A stretch of DNA of 64,000 nt from Octopus vulgaris (lineage: Eukaryota), in contig OX597832.1 in NCBI GenBank assembly GCA_951406725.2, positions 30,814,001 through 30,878,000 of the forward strand, in the 5' to 3' direction. Position numbers and translations under genes: made by a program. Of this stretch, positions 38,432-49,388 are shown piece by piece; positions within the stretch are counted from its first letter, which is position 1, and the number at the start of each line of letters is the position of its first letter. The notes beneath the pieces were generated by a model. That model did not search any database and was not told the DNA's origin. It saw only the letters and a list, made by a program, of their open reading frames with translations.

Positions 38432-39932
38432 ACGCAGACAACTAGTATAAATGTTTCTTACAAGGCACATCTTAATTTGAGATGGTCATTCAATGAGTGA
38501 GCTACAATTGATTGGGAATTAGTTGAGGCTGTGACCAATCTTCAATATTTCACATCTACAAACTTAGATATGATTAACGAGGTGACTGATCTTTGCAAGG
38601 TCTATTTTGATAAGTCTAATCAAGGCATTTATATACAACTGAAAAAAACCCTTGTCTTACCAACGTGGTAGAGATACCTCTACAGTCTTCTCTGTTGGAA
38701 ATAGATTAAGCTAAAAAAAAAAAACAGTAACGACTTGTATAGTGATTGGTCTTTGCAAGTCTTAATTTGATCAAAGCATTTATATGAACTATAAAAGGAA
38801 AAAACCTTGCCTTACTGAGGTAGTGAAAATACCTCTAGAATTCTCTGCTGGAAATTTAGTACGATAAAACCCCTTAACCATTTATGTGTCCAAAACATTT
38901 TCATAATGTTTGTTTTTCAGGCATTTGGTCAATCCTTGTTTTATCTACACTCTGAGTAATGTAAATATTTCTTTTCATATGTCTCGAGTTCTTCTGGTGA
39001 TTGAAAAAGATTTGGGATTGTGTATCATGCATGGTGCATGGAAGCCAAAGAAGTATGTCCTGTGTACCACATGTCACACACACAGGACTGAGGCCAGGTT
39101 TGAACACAATGCAAAGAGCTGAAACATAATCTACAAGACATGAGGTTTGACTTCCTTACAAGTTCCACTAATCTACTGCTCTGGATTGGTACTTCAAAAG
39201 GATGAAAGGCAAAACAGACCCCAGCAGGACTTGATCTTGGTCTACAGAATCAGAACCAATACCACAAGGCATTCTGCCTCACTCTCCAACAACTGCCAAT
39301 GTACCACCTAAACAACCACTAGGTATTATAATTATTGGCATGGAATAATGTTGTTCAGGCGTCAAGATACTTTTGAGGTCGTCTAAACTTTGAATTTTGA
39401 TGTTTCCTTCTTGCAGGAGCGCTGTATTTGAACTGTCGGTAAATATTAATGATGGGTTCTAGAGTGGCTGTGTGGTTTAAGAAGTTTACATCTCAGCCAC
39501 ATGGTTTTAGGTTCTGTCCCATTGTGTGACACATTGGGCAAGTGTCTTCTATTATAGCTCTAGGCTGACCTGTCCTTGTGTGTGAATTTGCTTGAAACCT
39601 GTTTGTGTGTACCCTTGTCTTGATATTGTGTGGTAGTTGTAAATGAGTGCCACTGTCATACAAGCAGTGTCGTTCATTTCCAATATTCTGCGAGAATGTG
39701 TCTGGCCATGCGGGAAATATTACCATTACTTGGAAACAGGTGAGGGTTGGTGTCAGGCAGAGCGTCCGGTTGTTGAAAATCTGTCTCAATAAATTCTGAT
39801 CTGTGTAAGCATGGAAAAGTAGACATCAAAATGATGATAAAAGGGGTTATGTAACCAATTGCTGAAAATCTTAGCAATTAATTCATTGATTATTTTTTGT
39901 TTATTTTAATTTTTTTATTTTCAACATTCCAG

Positions 39933-40059
39933 GGGTGATTTCTCTGTGAAGAATATCCAGGAAACTTTATCAAAAGCATTGGGGAATATCCAGCACGTTA
40001 CACTGACTTTTGTCCAGTGGTGTAGCAAATACCTGGAATCTTCTACAGCAGCAACTTGA
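39933..40059 (+). CDS. TMEM214: TMEM214 last coding exon (EGDFSVKNIQETL...TAAT*)
   Basis: Acceptor ttccag|, phase 2; TGA at 40057-40059; AATAAA downstream. Confidence 0.87.
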
Positions 40060-40173
40060 GAATCGGCTGGAATTGAAGGAGGATTTTAATTTTTTAAAAT
40101 TTGTTAAGACCATTAAATAACGCAAAAACAAACAACTAAAGCTAAAAAGAAAGGAGACAAAAGTACTTGTTTG

Positions 40174-40190
40174 AATAAAAAATAAATAAA
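40174..40190 (+). terminator. Candidate polyadenylation signals of TMEM214
   Basis: AATAAA at 40174 and 40185, followed by T/GT-rich sequence. Confidence 0.55.
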
Positions 40191-40366
40191 AAAGCTCCTA
40201 TTAACCACAATTTACTCTTTGTCTTTCACAGCTTTTGGTGTTTTTTTGCTGTGCAGTATTCTTGTCTTCTGCTATTGATGATATGCTTCTTTTTTTTTTT
40301 TTTTTAAGATGAACTTGGGTTAAAGTAAGGGTCACCGATGGTTGAATCAATAGATAAACTTCTGAG

Positions 40367-40755
40367 CGTGGAGGCGCAATGGCCCAGTGGTTAGGGCAGC
40401 GGACTCGCGGTCGTAGGATCGCGGTTTTGATTCCCAGACCGGGCGTTGTGAGTGTTTATTGAGCGAAAACACCTAAAAGCTCCACGAGGCTCCGGCAGGG
40501 GATGGTGGTGATCCCTGCTGTACTCTTTCACCACAACTTTCTCTCTCTTACTTCCTGTTTCTGTTGTACCTGTATTTCAAAGGGCCGGCCTTGTCACTCT
40601 CTGTGTCACGCTGAATATCCCCGGGAACTACGTTAAGGGTACACGTGTCTGTGGAGTGCTCAGCCACTTGCACGTTAATTTCACGAGCAGGCTGTTCCGT
40701 TGATTCGGATCAACCGGAACCCTCGTCGTCGTAACCGATGGAGTGCTTCCACTCC
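40367..40755 (+). mobile_element. Young full-length tRNA-derived SINE
   Basis: A box TGGCCCAGTGG, B box GGTTTTGATTCC, CpGs retained; perfect 11-bp TSD AAACTTCTGAG at 40356-40366 and 40756-40766. Older relatives at ~6156-6460 and ~19610-19870. Confidence 0.88.
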
Positions 40756-41871
40756 AAACTTCTGAGTGGACAAGACAGCAGTTAAAACCCCCTTTTTGGT
40801 AGAGTCAATCACAGTAAAGGCCCATTGATCAAGACATTTAGCTGTTGTTGGTAGAGTCCACCTAGCTCAAAACAGGGACCATAAAATATTGTGAAGGGTC
40901 AATATTACTTGAATTAATAAAGGGCAAACTCCTGGTAGGTGGGTGGGAAGCAGTTAATCATAGTAAAGTGCCATTAATCAAGACCTGTCAGTCTTATTAG
41001 TCCACCTAGCTCAAAATAGGGGCCGTGAGATACGGCTGCGTTCGTTACTGTAAGAAATGACAACATTCTGTAATTGTAGAGTTTATCTGTTAGTTTGTGC
41101 CTTCACAGAACTGAGTTTGGTTCCTCTCAGACCAGAGAATCTTTACCATCCACATTTACATGCTGGTACCATGTTAAAAGCACCCAACACACTGTAAAGT
41201 GGTGGTGTTTAGTATGGGCATCTGGCCATGGAAACCAGGCCAAATCAGACTGGAATCTGGCGCAGCTCTCTGACTTGCTGGCTCTGGTCAAACTGTCAAA
41301 CTGGACAGCAGGTGTTAAAAGATAATGATGATAATATTTGGTGTACAGGCCGTCCATAAAAATAGCAAAATAACCAAGAGGATTATTGGACTACCAATGG
41401 TTTTACTTAGCTTGACACGTCATCTCAAACACAGCAAACTGCCAGAAACCATGGTCCCTTGTCATCTCCCCTGTGAGGCCCAGCATCTGAAGATCCTTTC
41501 CCTCCACTTTGCCCCACGTCTTCCAGGATCTACTCCTTCCAAACCTTCCCTCCACAATTCGAGATTGGCACTTTTGAAATAAAGGCAGTGTATTCCAACA
41601 GAAAAATGGTGACGAACGGATTAAAGTGGACAGAAAAAAAAAACAACTGAAAATATCAACAGAATTTATTTTTCATCCAAAGACAATGGTTTAGGTTATA
41701 AATTGAATGTGGAAAATATTTCTTGATCACAATTAATCCAATCCAATCTAGTTTATATTTCCCATATTGTCTTCTCAACTTGTTGATCACAGTCCTAAGC
41801 AAGGATTAAACTTTACATTTTATATTTATTACATATATATATATATATAATAGAGAGAGTGGTTCAAGTAA

Positions 41872-41974
41872 TCAGGATTCCTTGAAGAACATTTCCATTG
41901 TATTCCTATAAACTGTTTCTGCAACAGTGTTGATGTCTTCAGACCGAGCTGTTGCTATCACTTCAAGAACTTGG
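41872..41974 (-). CDS. TATDN1: TATDN1 last exon (IQVLEVIA...NTMEMFFKES*)
   Basis: Acceptor tttcag|; TGA at 41874-41872; minus-strand AATAAA at 41830-41825 and 41670-41665. Confidence 0.94.
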
Positions 41975-42422
41975 CTGAAACGAGAAAAGTGGAATTTTGA
42001 AAAAAATATAGGAAACAAAATTAAATTTTGTGTTAATAATTTAATGGAGAACAAATACTGCAAATTGAATCCTTCAGGTGTTCATCATCATATTTAATGT
42101 CTGTTTTTCCATGCTGGTATTTGAAGGTGGAACATTGCTATTGAGAGAAATGGTGACTATGTTGAGAAGTGGGGATGTGATCCACAGAGGACCAGCTTCA
42201 TTTTGATGTATGATACATGTTCGTGTGTTGGTAATTACACCTGTCCTAAACAAAATGGCATTATTTTTTGACTCACCCTCGTACAAAGGAGAAAATTAGT
42301 CTGAAGCTACTAGCATTATTACATAAACAATCCTCCTCCAATTCTTCTAAATGAGAACCTGATTGTCAATGGGTTACTCTACAGCTTATACCATCATAAT
42401 TAAATCTATTCAAGTCACTTAC

Positions 42423-42555
42423 ATAATATTTGCAGGTTCATTTCGACTTTTCACACAAAATCCTTTCTCCCATTTCTCTTTCTTCTTTGTTGGGAAAGTT
42501 GTCTTGATGAATTTTGCTCCAGCATGGGTCGGCCGAATCTCACACCAAGGGGCAT
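42423..42555 (-). CDS. TATDN1: TATDN1 exon 11 ([13 protein letters not shown]...RNEPANI)
   Basis: atctag| ... AT|gtaagt; phase 1/2. Confidence 0.95.
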
Positions 42556-43451
42556 CTAGATACGATTTTTTAAAAAAATAGAAAAGAAGTCAATAACTTG
42601 AGTTTATAATTATTTTTTATTTAAACTAGTTTCAAATCAGCATTTGTCTCCATGCAGGGACACTATTATTACAGTTGAGTTGAAGCATATTTTTGAGGGG
42701 AGGGGCCAAAGCAAAGCAAAAGATAGAAAGTGTTGGAGGAGGTTGAGTTGAAACTGGAATATTTATCTTTTAGTTGTTTCAGTCATTAGACTCTGGCCAT
42801 ACTGGGGCACCACCTCGAAGAATTTTAATTGAAGGAATCGACCCCCAGTACTTAATCTCTCGGTCTCTTTTGTTGAACTGCTAAGTTATAAACACACCAA
42901 CACAGGTTTCCAAGCAGTGGTGGGGGACAGACACACAACAGGCTTCTTTCAGTTTCCATCTACCAAATCCACTTACAAGGCTTTTGTCGGCCCGAGGCTA
43001 TAGTAGAAGACACCTGACCAAAGGTGTCGTGCAGTGTGACTTCCCAGACATTTCTACATTACTGCAGATGCTTTATACACACCTCTGACAAGTTGTGCAC
43101 CTGAGCACTGCAGACAATAATTGCATTATTATTATTATTATCCCTTCAGCTCAGGTTCCGTTTCATTATGTGGAATTGATAATATTCTCATCCCCACCTC
43201 CCCAAAGTGCTAACTGCTAAGGCATTTCGAAGCTTGATTTGCTTCCATTTCTGACGCGCGTTCAGCCGTTTTGCTTGGATTTATTTCCATTTTACAATCC
43301 ATTTTGTGAAGGGAGGTAATACAGTGGTGTCTACCATGCAGCTTAGCATCTTCGATTATCTCCCCTGACAGAACTTTAAACAAACTCTATAATAAAGATG
43401 ACGATGATGATGATGAAAATACTAAATGTTAATAAATATCTCATTTCTTAC

Positions 43452-43522
43452 CGGTTTCTATCATCATTCTTTCCAGTGGTATGGAACACATGGCATCGAT
43501 ATTTTCTTGGGTCTTCAAAGAA
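43452..43522 (-). CDS. TATDN1: TATDN1 exon 10 (CSLKTQEN...IPLERMMIET)
   Basis: tcaaag| ... G|gtaaga; phase 2/1. Confidence 0.94.
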
Positions 43523-43583
43523 CTTTGAATTTAAAAGATACATAAATTATAGTATATTGTATAGCGATCAGTGTGCTATACTG

Positions 43584-43796
43584 GGTACTATTTAAGAAGA
43601 TTGGTCCCGGCGCTAGCTAGACGTGACTAGTCGATCCTTACTTTGTGTTTTTGTGTTCTATTTACTTTGTTTAAAAAATTATTTATTTTGTGTTTTATTT
43701 ACGTTGCTAGGTAGTCGTTGTAGGATCGACTAATCACGACTAGCTAGCACGGATGCGCGAGTACGCGCACTGGGACCACTCTTCTTAAATAGTACC
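43584..43796. mobile_element. Small foldback element in TATDN1 intron 9
   Basis: Terminal IR GGTACTATTTAAGAAGA..TGGTCCC and an inner IR (GCTAGCTAG..GTCGATCC); no clear TSD. Confidence 0.6.
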
Positions 43797-43886
43797 TCCA
43801 TTGGACATAATACCCTGGTCAAAATTGAAAGAAGGAAGTAGAAAAGAAAGTAATAATCCCAGAAACAATTGGTAAATGGCACTTAC

Positions 43887-43963
43887 CATCCATTGATGCC
43901 AATATAAAGACCTTCTTCTATCAAAGCTGCAGCTTCTTCTTTGCTTCCTGTGAAAGAATGGAC
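43887..43963 (-). CDS. TATDN1: TATDN1 exon 9 (VHSFTGSKEEA...YIGING)
   Basis: ttttag| ... TG|gtaagt; phase 0/2. Confidence 0.95.
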
Positions 43964-44290
43964 CTAAAAACAATGGTTAAATGGTGAAAATATACACATA
44001 TAGATACAGACATATACACAAGGCCTGGTGACTATAAAAAAATATAATTTCATAGAGTAGAGTCCAGAGGAAGTCATAGGCAGGAGAGGTGCAGCCGAAG
44101 TATAAAATGTCCAAAAGAGAACCCATAAAGGGTAGAAAGTCCAGTGGAGAAGTTTGTGGGTGTGAATTCTCCCTATATATATATATGTATATATATATAT
44201 ATTAGAAGGTTTGGAGATGATGTACAGGTATTTTATATTAGAAGAAATGAGGTACTCAGAAATTTGGATGGTTTTATATATACAGATATT

Positions 44291-44435
44291 TATTTGTATA
44301 TTTCATGTTTTTATACATCATATATCATATACTAGCGCTTTCGTCCATTCTAGTGAAGTTGTCAAATTGAACAACTCCACTAGAACGGACGAAAGCTATG
44401 ATATATGATGTATAAAAACATGTAATATACAAATA
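44291..44435. repeat. Long hairpin
   Basis: Outer arms match 38/39 nt; inner arms CTTTCGTCCATTCTAGTG / CACTAGAACGGACGAAAG. Confidence 0.85.
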
Positions 44436-45067
44436 TATATATATAAAGAAATAATCAATATCAGACGTATTTTATTAAACAAAAGTTTAATAAATTTCAT
44501 GAAATAAAATAAATGAATCAGATTGGATGTAAAAATGGATTTTGCTTTTATTTCATATTCGTAGACAATTGTTTCGGTCAAAAGAACCAAGGTTTCCATA
44601 AAGAAAACATCTTAAAGGTCAAATTTTATATATATACACATGTATATACCGCCAGGTATTTTTTCTTGGAAAATTGGAACCCTTGGTTACAACTATTACG
44701 TGCAGCCAAGACAAGATGACATAAAGTCAACCATGTTGTATCAGATAATAGTTGTAATCACGTGTCCCTGTCATACAAGGTGTTGTTCATTGCTAAGTTT
44801 CCCAGAAATACATGTCCAGCTAGGGAGAAATATTACTTTACTAGGGAACAAGTGAAGTTTGCAGACAGGAAGGACATGAGGCCATAGAAAATCTGACTCA
44901 ACAAATTTTGTTTGACCTTTGCAAGCATGGAAAACTGGATATTACTATGATTATAATAATGCAGGGGCAATCCAAGGTTTTGAGTGTTTTAAGGATCAGA
45001 AGTTTGAGTCGAAGAATTATTGAGAAAGTGAGTTAGAAGAAAGAGGAATTGTTCTGGTTCCACTTAC

Positions 45068-45194
45068 CACTGCTCCAGTGATGTGGTGTTTGTTTCTTTT
45101 TATGATGTCCAAGAAATCATCAGAACAGTTTCTGGAATGTAGAAACATTGGTAACTTCACCTCTTCGGCAATGGCAAACTGTTTTTCAAAGTAC
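45068..45194 (-). CDS. TATDN1: TATDN1 exon 8 (KYFEKQF...LPMFLHSRN...TGAV)
   Basis: ctttag| ... GTG|gtaagt; phase 2/0. Confidence 0.95.
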
Positions 45195-45211
45195 CTAAAG
45201 GGAATAATAAT

Positions 45212-45579
45212 AACAAGAGCATTCAGAGAGTGCAAATCTCTGCCAAGGCAACACCAACATCCTCTCAATGATTAGCCAGAGATGATTTTTAAAATTAGAA
45301 TATCTGAAATAAACTCGACTGCTCTCACAAACGAGAATACTAAAAATGAACCCGACCACTCTAAAAAATTAAGTAAACAAAAAACCAGAGAAATAATCCT
45401 GAATCCTTGTCCAGTACCGGATTAATCGCAAAATCTAATCAGTTCATGCCAGTCATGAGGACCAACATCCCTGAAAGTATCATTCGAATCCATCCAGTCG
45501 TTCTTGAGATATCTTGTCCATGGACAAACAAACATGACTGAAAACAATACCTCTGCCTTTGATAAGGCGGAGGTAATAA
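45212..45579 (-). mobile_element. Non-autonomous Helentron/DINE-1-like (HINE) element
   Basis: Minus strand starts TTATTACCTCCGCC..GGCAGAGG, has a GTTT microsatellite, and ends CCTTGGCAGAGATTTGCACTCTCTGAATGC (subterminal IR plus 3' hairpin). Confidence 0.55.
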
Positions 45580-45910
45580 TGATTGCAAATTTTGGCACAG
45601 GGCCAGCAATTTTAGACGAATTGCTGCAAAGCATTTTGCTAGGTGTGTTAACGATTTTGCCAGCTTCAGAACAACAACAACAACCTCTCTCTCTCTCTCT
45701 GATCACATCTCATTGTCTTAAAATAAAGGACGGATTGGATAACATGGTCCTGGGTTCTCTGAACATAAAGAATTTGACTGGATGGGCATGGCTGGAATAT
45801 TCTTTGACCATAAACCTACTTGATAAAGTCTGGCCTGGGGCTAAACAACAACAACAAAATCAACGAAAATAACAAGAAAACAACAATATAATACAAAGTG
45901 TGTTACTTAC

Positions 45911-45953
45911 TTCAGTTGAATGTCTTTTGGACAGAAATGCAAACGGTCGTAAT
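45911..45953 (-). CDS. TATDN1: TATDN1 exon 7 (DYDRLHFCPKDIQL)
   Basis: tttcag| ... AA|gtaagt; phase 1/2. Confidence 0.95.
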
Positions 45954-46043
45954 CTGAAAAAATGTAAGGAATGGAATTTTGATAACAACAAAAACACTCC
46001 ACCTGGTGAGAGATAAATATTACTTAATTACACAATACACGTT

Positions 46044-46083
<40 letters not shown>

Positions 46084-46157
46084 AGAGAGAGAGAGAGGGA
46101 GAAAGGGAGAGAGAGGAAGAGAGAAAGAAGTAAAGAGAAAGAGTATCATAAACTCAC

Positions 46158-46304
46158 CTAAGCCACATTCCCCAACAGCCACAATTTTGTCCTTGTTGGA
46201 CAAAATAAGGGTCGTTAAATCCTTGATGTATTTCTCAGGGTCACCAGATTCTTCAAACTCCCCACACCTTGTGGGGTGACATCCAGCAGTGGTGAACAAA
46301 CGTT
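46158..46304 (-). CDS. TATDN1: TATDN1 exon 6 ([14 protein letters not shown]...VAVGECGL)
   Basis: ttctag| ... G|gtgagt; GCHP and GECGL motifs. Confidence 0.96.
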
Positions 46305-46478
46305 CTAGAAATATGACAAATATTTTGATAATAGTTGTGTGTATGTGTGTATATATATACAAACATACATACATGCGTGGACACACACACACACATGGCT
46401 GAACATGAATTTAAACTATGTGGTTTATGATTGTGTGTGTGTGTGTATAAACATGAAATATATTCAATATATTGTATA

Positions 46479-46845
46479 CGAGGCCTGAGCAATAAGTATC
46501 TGGACTGTTGCCATAGTAATGAAGCTAAAGCAAGCAGAATAAATCCACTTGGTACCAATTGACCTTGAAATCTGCTGAGCATGCAGACTAAGTTTTGACA
46601 TTCTAGCTCACTTCTGCTGTTTATAACAGTGCTTGGAAGGAAGGTGTGTAGCGTGTGATCGTCGCATTGACCATGACAGAGAAAGTTGTCATGGCAATAC
46701 CTGCTCAGAAGCCTGCGCAAAGTTGGAAAAAGTGTATGGAGAGAAGTGTATGACCCACGCATAAGTTTACAAGTGGTTCAGATGTTTCTAAGATGGCTAA
46801 AAAGATGATGTTATTGACAAAAGTTCTCGGAAACCTGCAACCAGA
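46479..46845 (+). mobile_element. Mariner 5' fragment, same family as 26333
   Basis: Collinear similarity to 26333-26700, starting at a TA+CGAGG TIR. Confidence 0.8.
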
Positions 46846-47237
46846 TGCTATAAGACATTTAGCCTTCTACACTTCATTTCCAACTCAGGGACCTTATATG
46901 AAAATATTAATCCTTTTGTCAATTAAATAGTACTTAAATCCCACTTGAATGATGAATGAGAGCTAGATTTTCACTGGGATAAGATGCCAGTCTATTGTAG
47001 GTAACTTTCCCAGGAAACATTGGAACATCTGCTCTTCCATTCTGCAGCTGAATGAACAGGCATATGCAGAATTAAAATGTCTTTACTCAGAATTACAACC
47101 ATTTACCAACAATGGCCTAAACTCAAAATCTATGAAACGGGAGTCACAATATTTTATCTGATCAACCATTTGGCCTTTTTATAAAATATAAAATAAATAG
47201 ATATTTTCGTGAAAGAAATTTACAAAAATTCACAAAC

Positions 47238-47301
47238 CATGTGTCTTGGCCAATTCCAGGCCCTTTTGAGATTCTTCAAGGTTTCCCCCTGTTACCATAA
47301 T
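47238..47301 (-). CDS. TATDN1: TATDN1 exon 5 (IMVTGGNLEESQKGLELAKTH)
   Basis: tttcag| ... G|gtttgt; phase 0/1. Confidence 0.93.
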
Positions 47302-48014
47302 CTGAAAAAGAGGGCATATTAGACTTAATTATCAATTGTAGTTGTTGTTCTTGTTGCTGTAATTAGCAAACAAGACAGGTAAGGGTGATTAGGTGATGGT
47401 CTAGGGCTTAGGAGCGGGAGACCTTGGAAGAAAAAAACTGTGGTCATCTTGTTGTAGTCGAGGTCTCTTCGTTGACGCCCAACACCACTGGGAGGTGGCA
47501 CTCGAAGTCGCTGGAAATGGAGATCTCCAGGTCCTAATTCTTGGACGGCTGTTGTTCTTGTTGTGCAGCTGGAGGTTAGCTTTGATGAAACAGACCTAAA
47601 TCAATCTAAAATCAATACATAGAAAGTCTCTATGCAGTCAGTTGATCTGCTAGAAATATCAGTCAAACAAACTGACCATTTGATAAACCTGCCAGAGTTT
47701 GCTCCTAATAGTACAAAGTTCTTATCTTTAAGTGATCTGAATTAAAACCTATTAAAATTTCATGTTAACTTAAGTTGCAAATACCACCTTATTAAGGGAC
47801 AAAGTTCTTCATTATTTTCAAAATTACTTGAAACAGCAGAAATATGGTAAACATCCTCATCTCTATTAGACACACTTTCAGTGTAAAAGTGATTCTAAAT
47901 AAAAACCTTTGCTTAAAACTTCCTGAAAATTGACAATTCTAAGCATTAGCTTAATAATGGCAAACATATGTTACTAAATTCTTCATTATCATATGCCATC
48001 ATCATCATCATTCC

Positions 48015-48250
48015 ATAGATAGATGGATGGATGGACGGATGGATGGATGGATAGATAGGTAGGTAGAGAGAGAGAGAGATAAATAGACAGATAGACGGAC
48101 AGACAGACAGATAGATAGATAGATATATAGACAAACAGATGGACGGACAGATGGATGGATAGATAGATAGACAGGTAGAGAGACAGACAAACAGATAGAT
48201 GGATGGACGGATGGATAGATAGACAGACAGACAGATAGATATAGATATCT
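48015..48250. repeat. Compound tetranucleotide repeat (ATAG/ATGG/ACAG)
   Basis: Directly visible. Confidence 0.9.
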
Positions 48251-48372
48251 GACAAGCTATGATCAGTTTCCGGCCCAGGGCTTTAGTAGGAGAGACTAGG
48301 CCAAGGTATTATGCTGAGGGATTGAACTCAGCATCTATACATCTTCGCACAAAGAGAAAGACTCATACAAAC

Positions 48373-48422
48373 CTTTTCAAGTCCTTGATTGAAAGCTCTT
48401 TTTAGCACCTCATCCAAGTCAC
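48373..48422 (-). CDS. TATDN1: TATDN1 exon 4 (GDLDEVLKRAFNQGLEK)
   Basis: ttctag| ... AAG|gtttgt; phase 1/0. Confidence 0.92.
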
Positions 48423-48569
48423 CTAGAACAAAGGGATAAAGAATTCCATGGTAACAGAAATAACTGTGACTATGCCAACGAAATTGTAATGAAATAAAAA
48501 ACCTCAAATAATAATAATGAATTGAAATGTCTTAACTATGGACATAGCTTAGTAAATTTTATGACATTA

Positions 48570-48890
48570 TGAGGAGACCCTTCTTTGGTCATGAAAGTTA
48601 CCCTCTGAGGCACAAGTCCAGGCAAGGTTGTTTGTGGAAGGCTGGCAGTTGCCCTTACATACCATTCTGCATTCTCCACACTACTGATGTTATCCAAGGG
48701 AAAGGCAAAGGGGTCGATACAGCTTGGCACCTGTGACGTCACAACTCATTTTTGCCTGCTGAGTGAACTGGAAGCAACGTGAAATAAAGTGTCTTGCTCA
48801 AGAACATAACACACAGCCCGGTCCGGGAATCGAACTCACAACCTCACGATTGTAAGCTCCACGCTCTAACCACTGAGCCATGTACATTCA
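48570..48890 (-). mobile_element. tRNA-derived SINE
   Basis: Minus-strand head TGGCTCAGTGGTTAGAGCG...GAGTTCGATTCCCGG, then TTCTTGAGCAAGACACTTTATTTCAC body. Confidence 0.75.
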
Positions 48891-49343
48891 CTGTGGCACT
48901 ATAGTATCTACATATCTACCACACAGAAAACTATACCACACTGTGGTACCTGCTTACAGCTAACTAGACTGGACTATCAACAGTTAAGTGCCTTGGATTC
49001 AGCACACTGGACTCTACTGCAATATGGGACCTATTTACAGCTAAGTTGACTGGGTTGTTAAATGCTTTGGCCATGTCCACTATACAAAGTACTGTACCAC
49101 AGAGTGGAACCTACTTACAGCTAGGTGAACTGTGTTGTTCATATTTGAATATCTTTGGCCATATCTACAGCACAGTGAACTCTGCTCACTATGGTGCTTA
49201 CTAATAGCTAAGTAACCTGGGTTTGGCAATATCTACTGAGTTATCGACCATGCTTCAATACTCTGATGATATGACCAATTGTGACTCTTCTTCTCTCTCT
49301 CTCTCTCACACACACACAAATAATAATAAGATGAATAACTTAC

Positions 49344-49388
49344 CTTCATGTTTTTTGGAACCATGGTAGCATCCTTCATACATCGGAT
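49344..49388 (-). CDS. TATDN1: TATDN1 exon 3 (DPMYEGCYHGSKKHE)
   Basis: ttgtag| ... G|gtaagt; phase 1/1. Confidence 0.93.

Larger units (their letters stand above)
2537..40059 (+). other. TMEM214: TMEM214 gene span (16 coding exons, 693 aa ER membrane protein)
   Basis: Manual splicing gives 2082 nt with all GT-AG junctions and consistent phases. Motifs WEVVK, FPDNPEVWLKDLSSYLN, GYRIFIQ, WALGQAGF, FFPSYL, WQQMYPKHLKQS and FPW+TM match the TMEM214 family as I recall it. Confidence 0.93.

Noticed and set aside
38921-38959. Strong-looking acceptor as TMEM214 exon 15
   Set aside because: Phase-0 reading stops after 12 codons; exon 38096-38247 fits both phase and protein character.
40369-40445. 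tRNA gene
   Set aside because: The tRNA-like head continues into a SINE body flanked by TSDs; other tRNA-like heads in the window are also SINEs.
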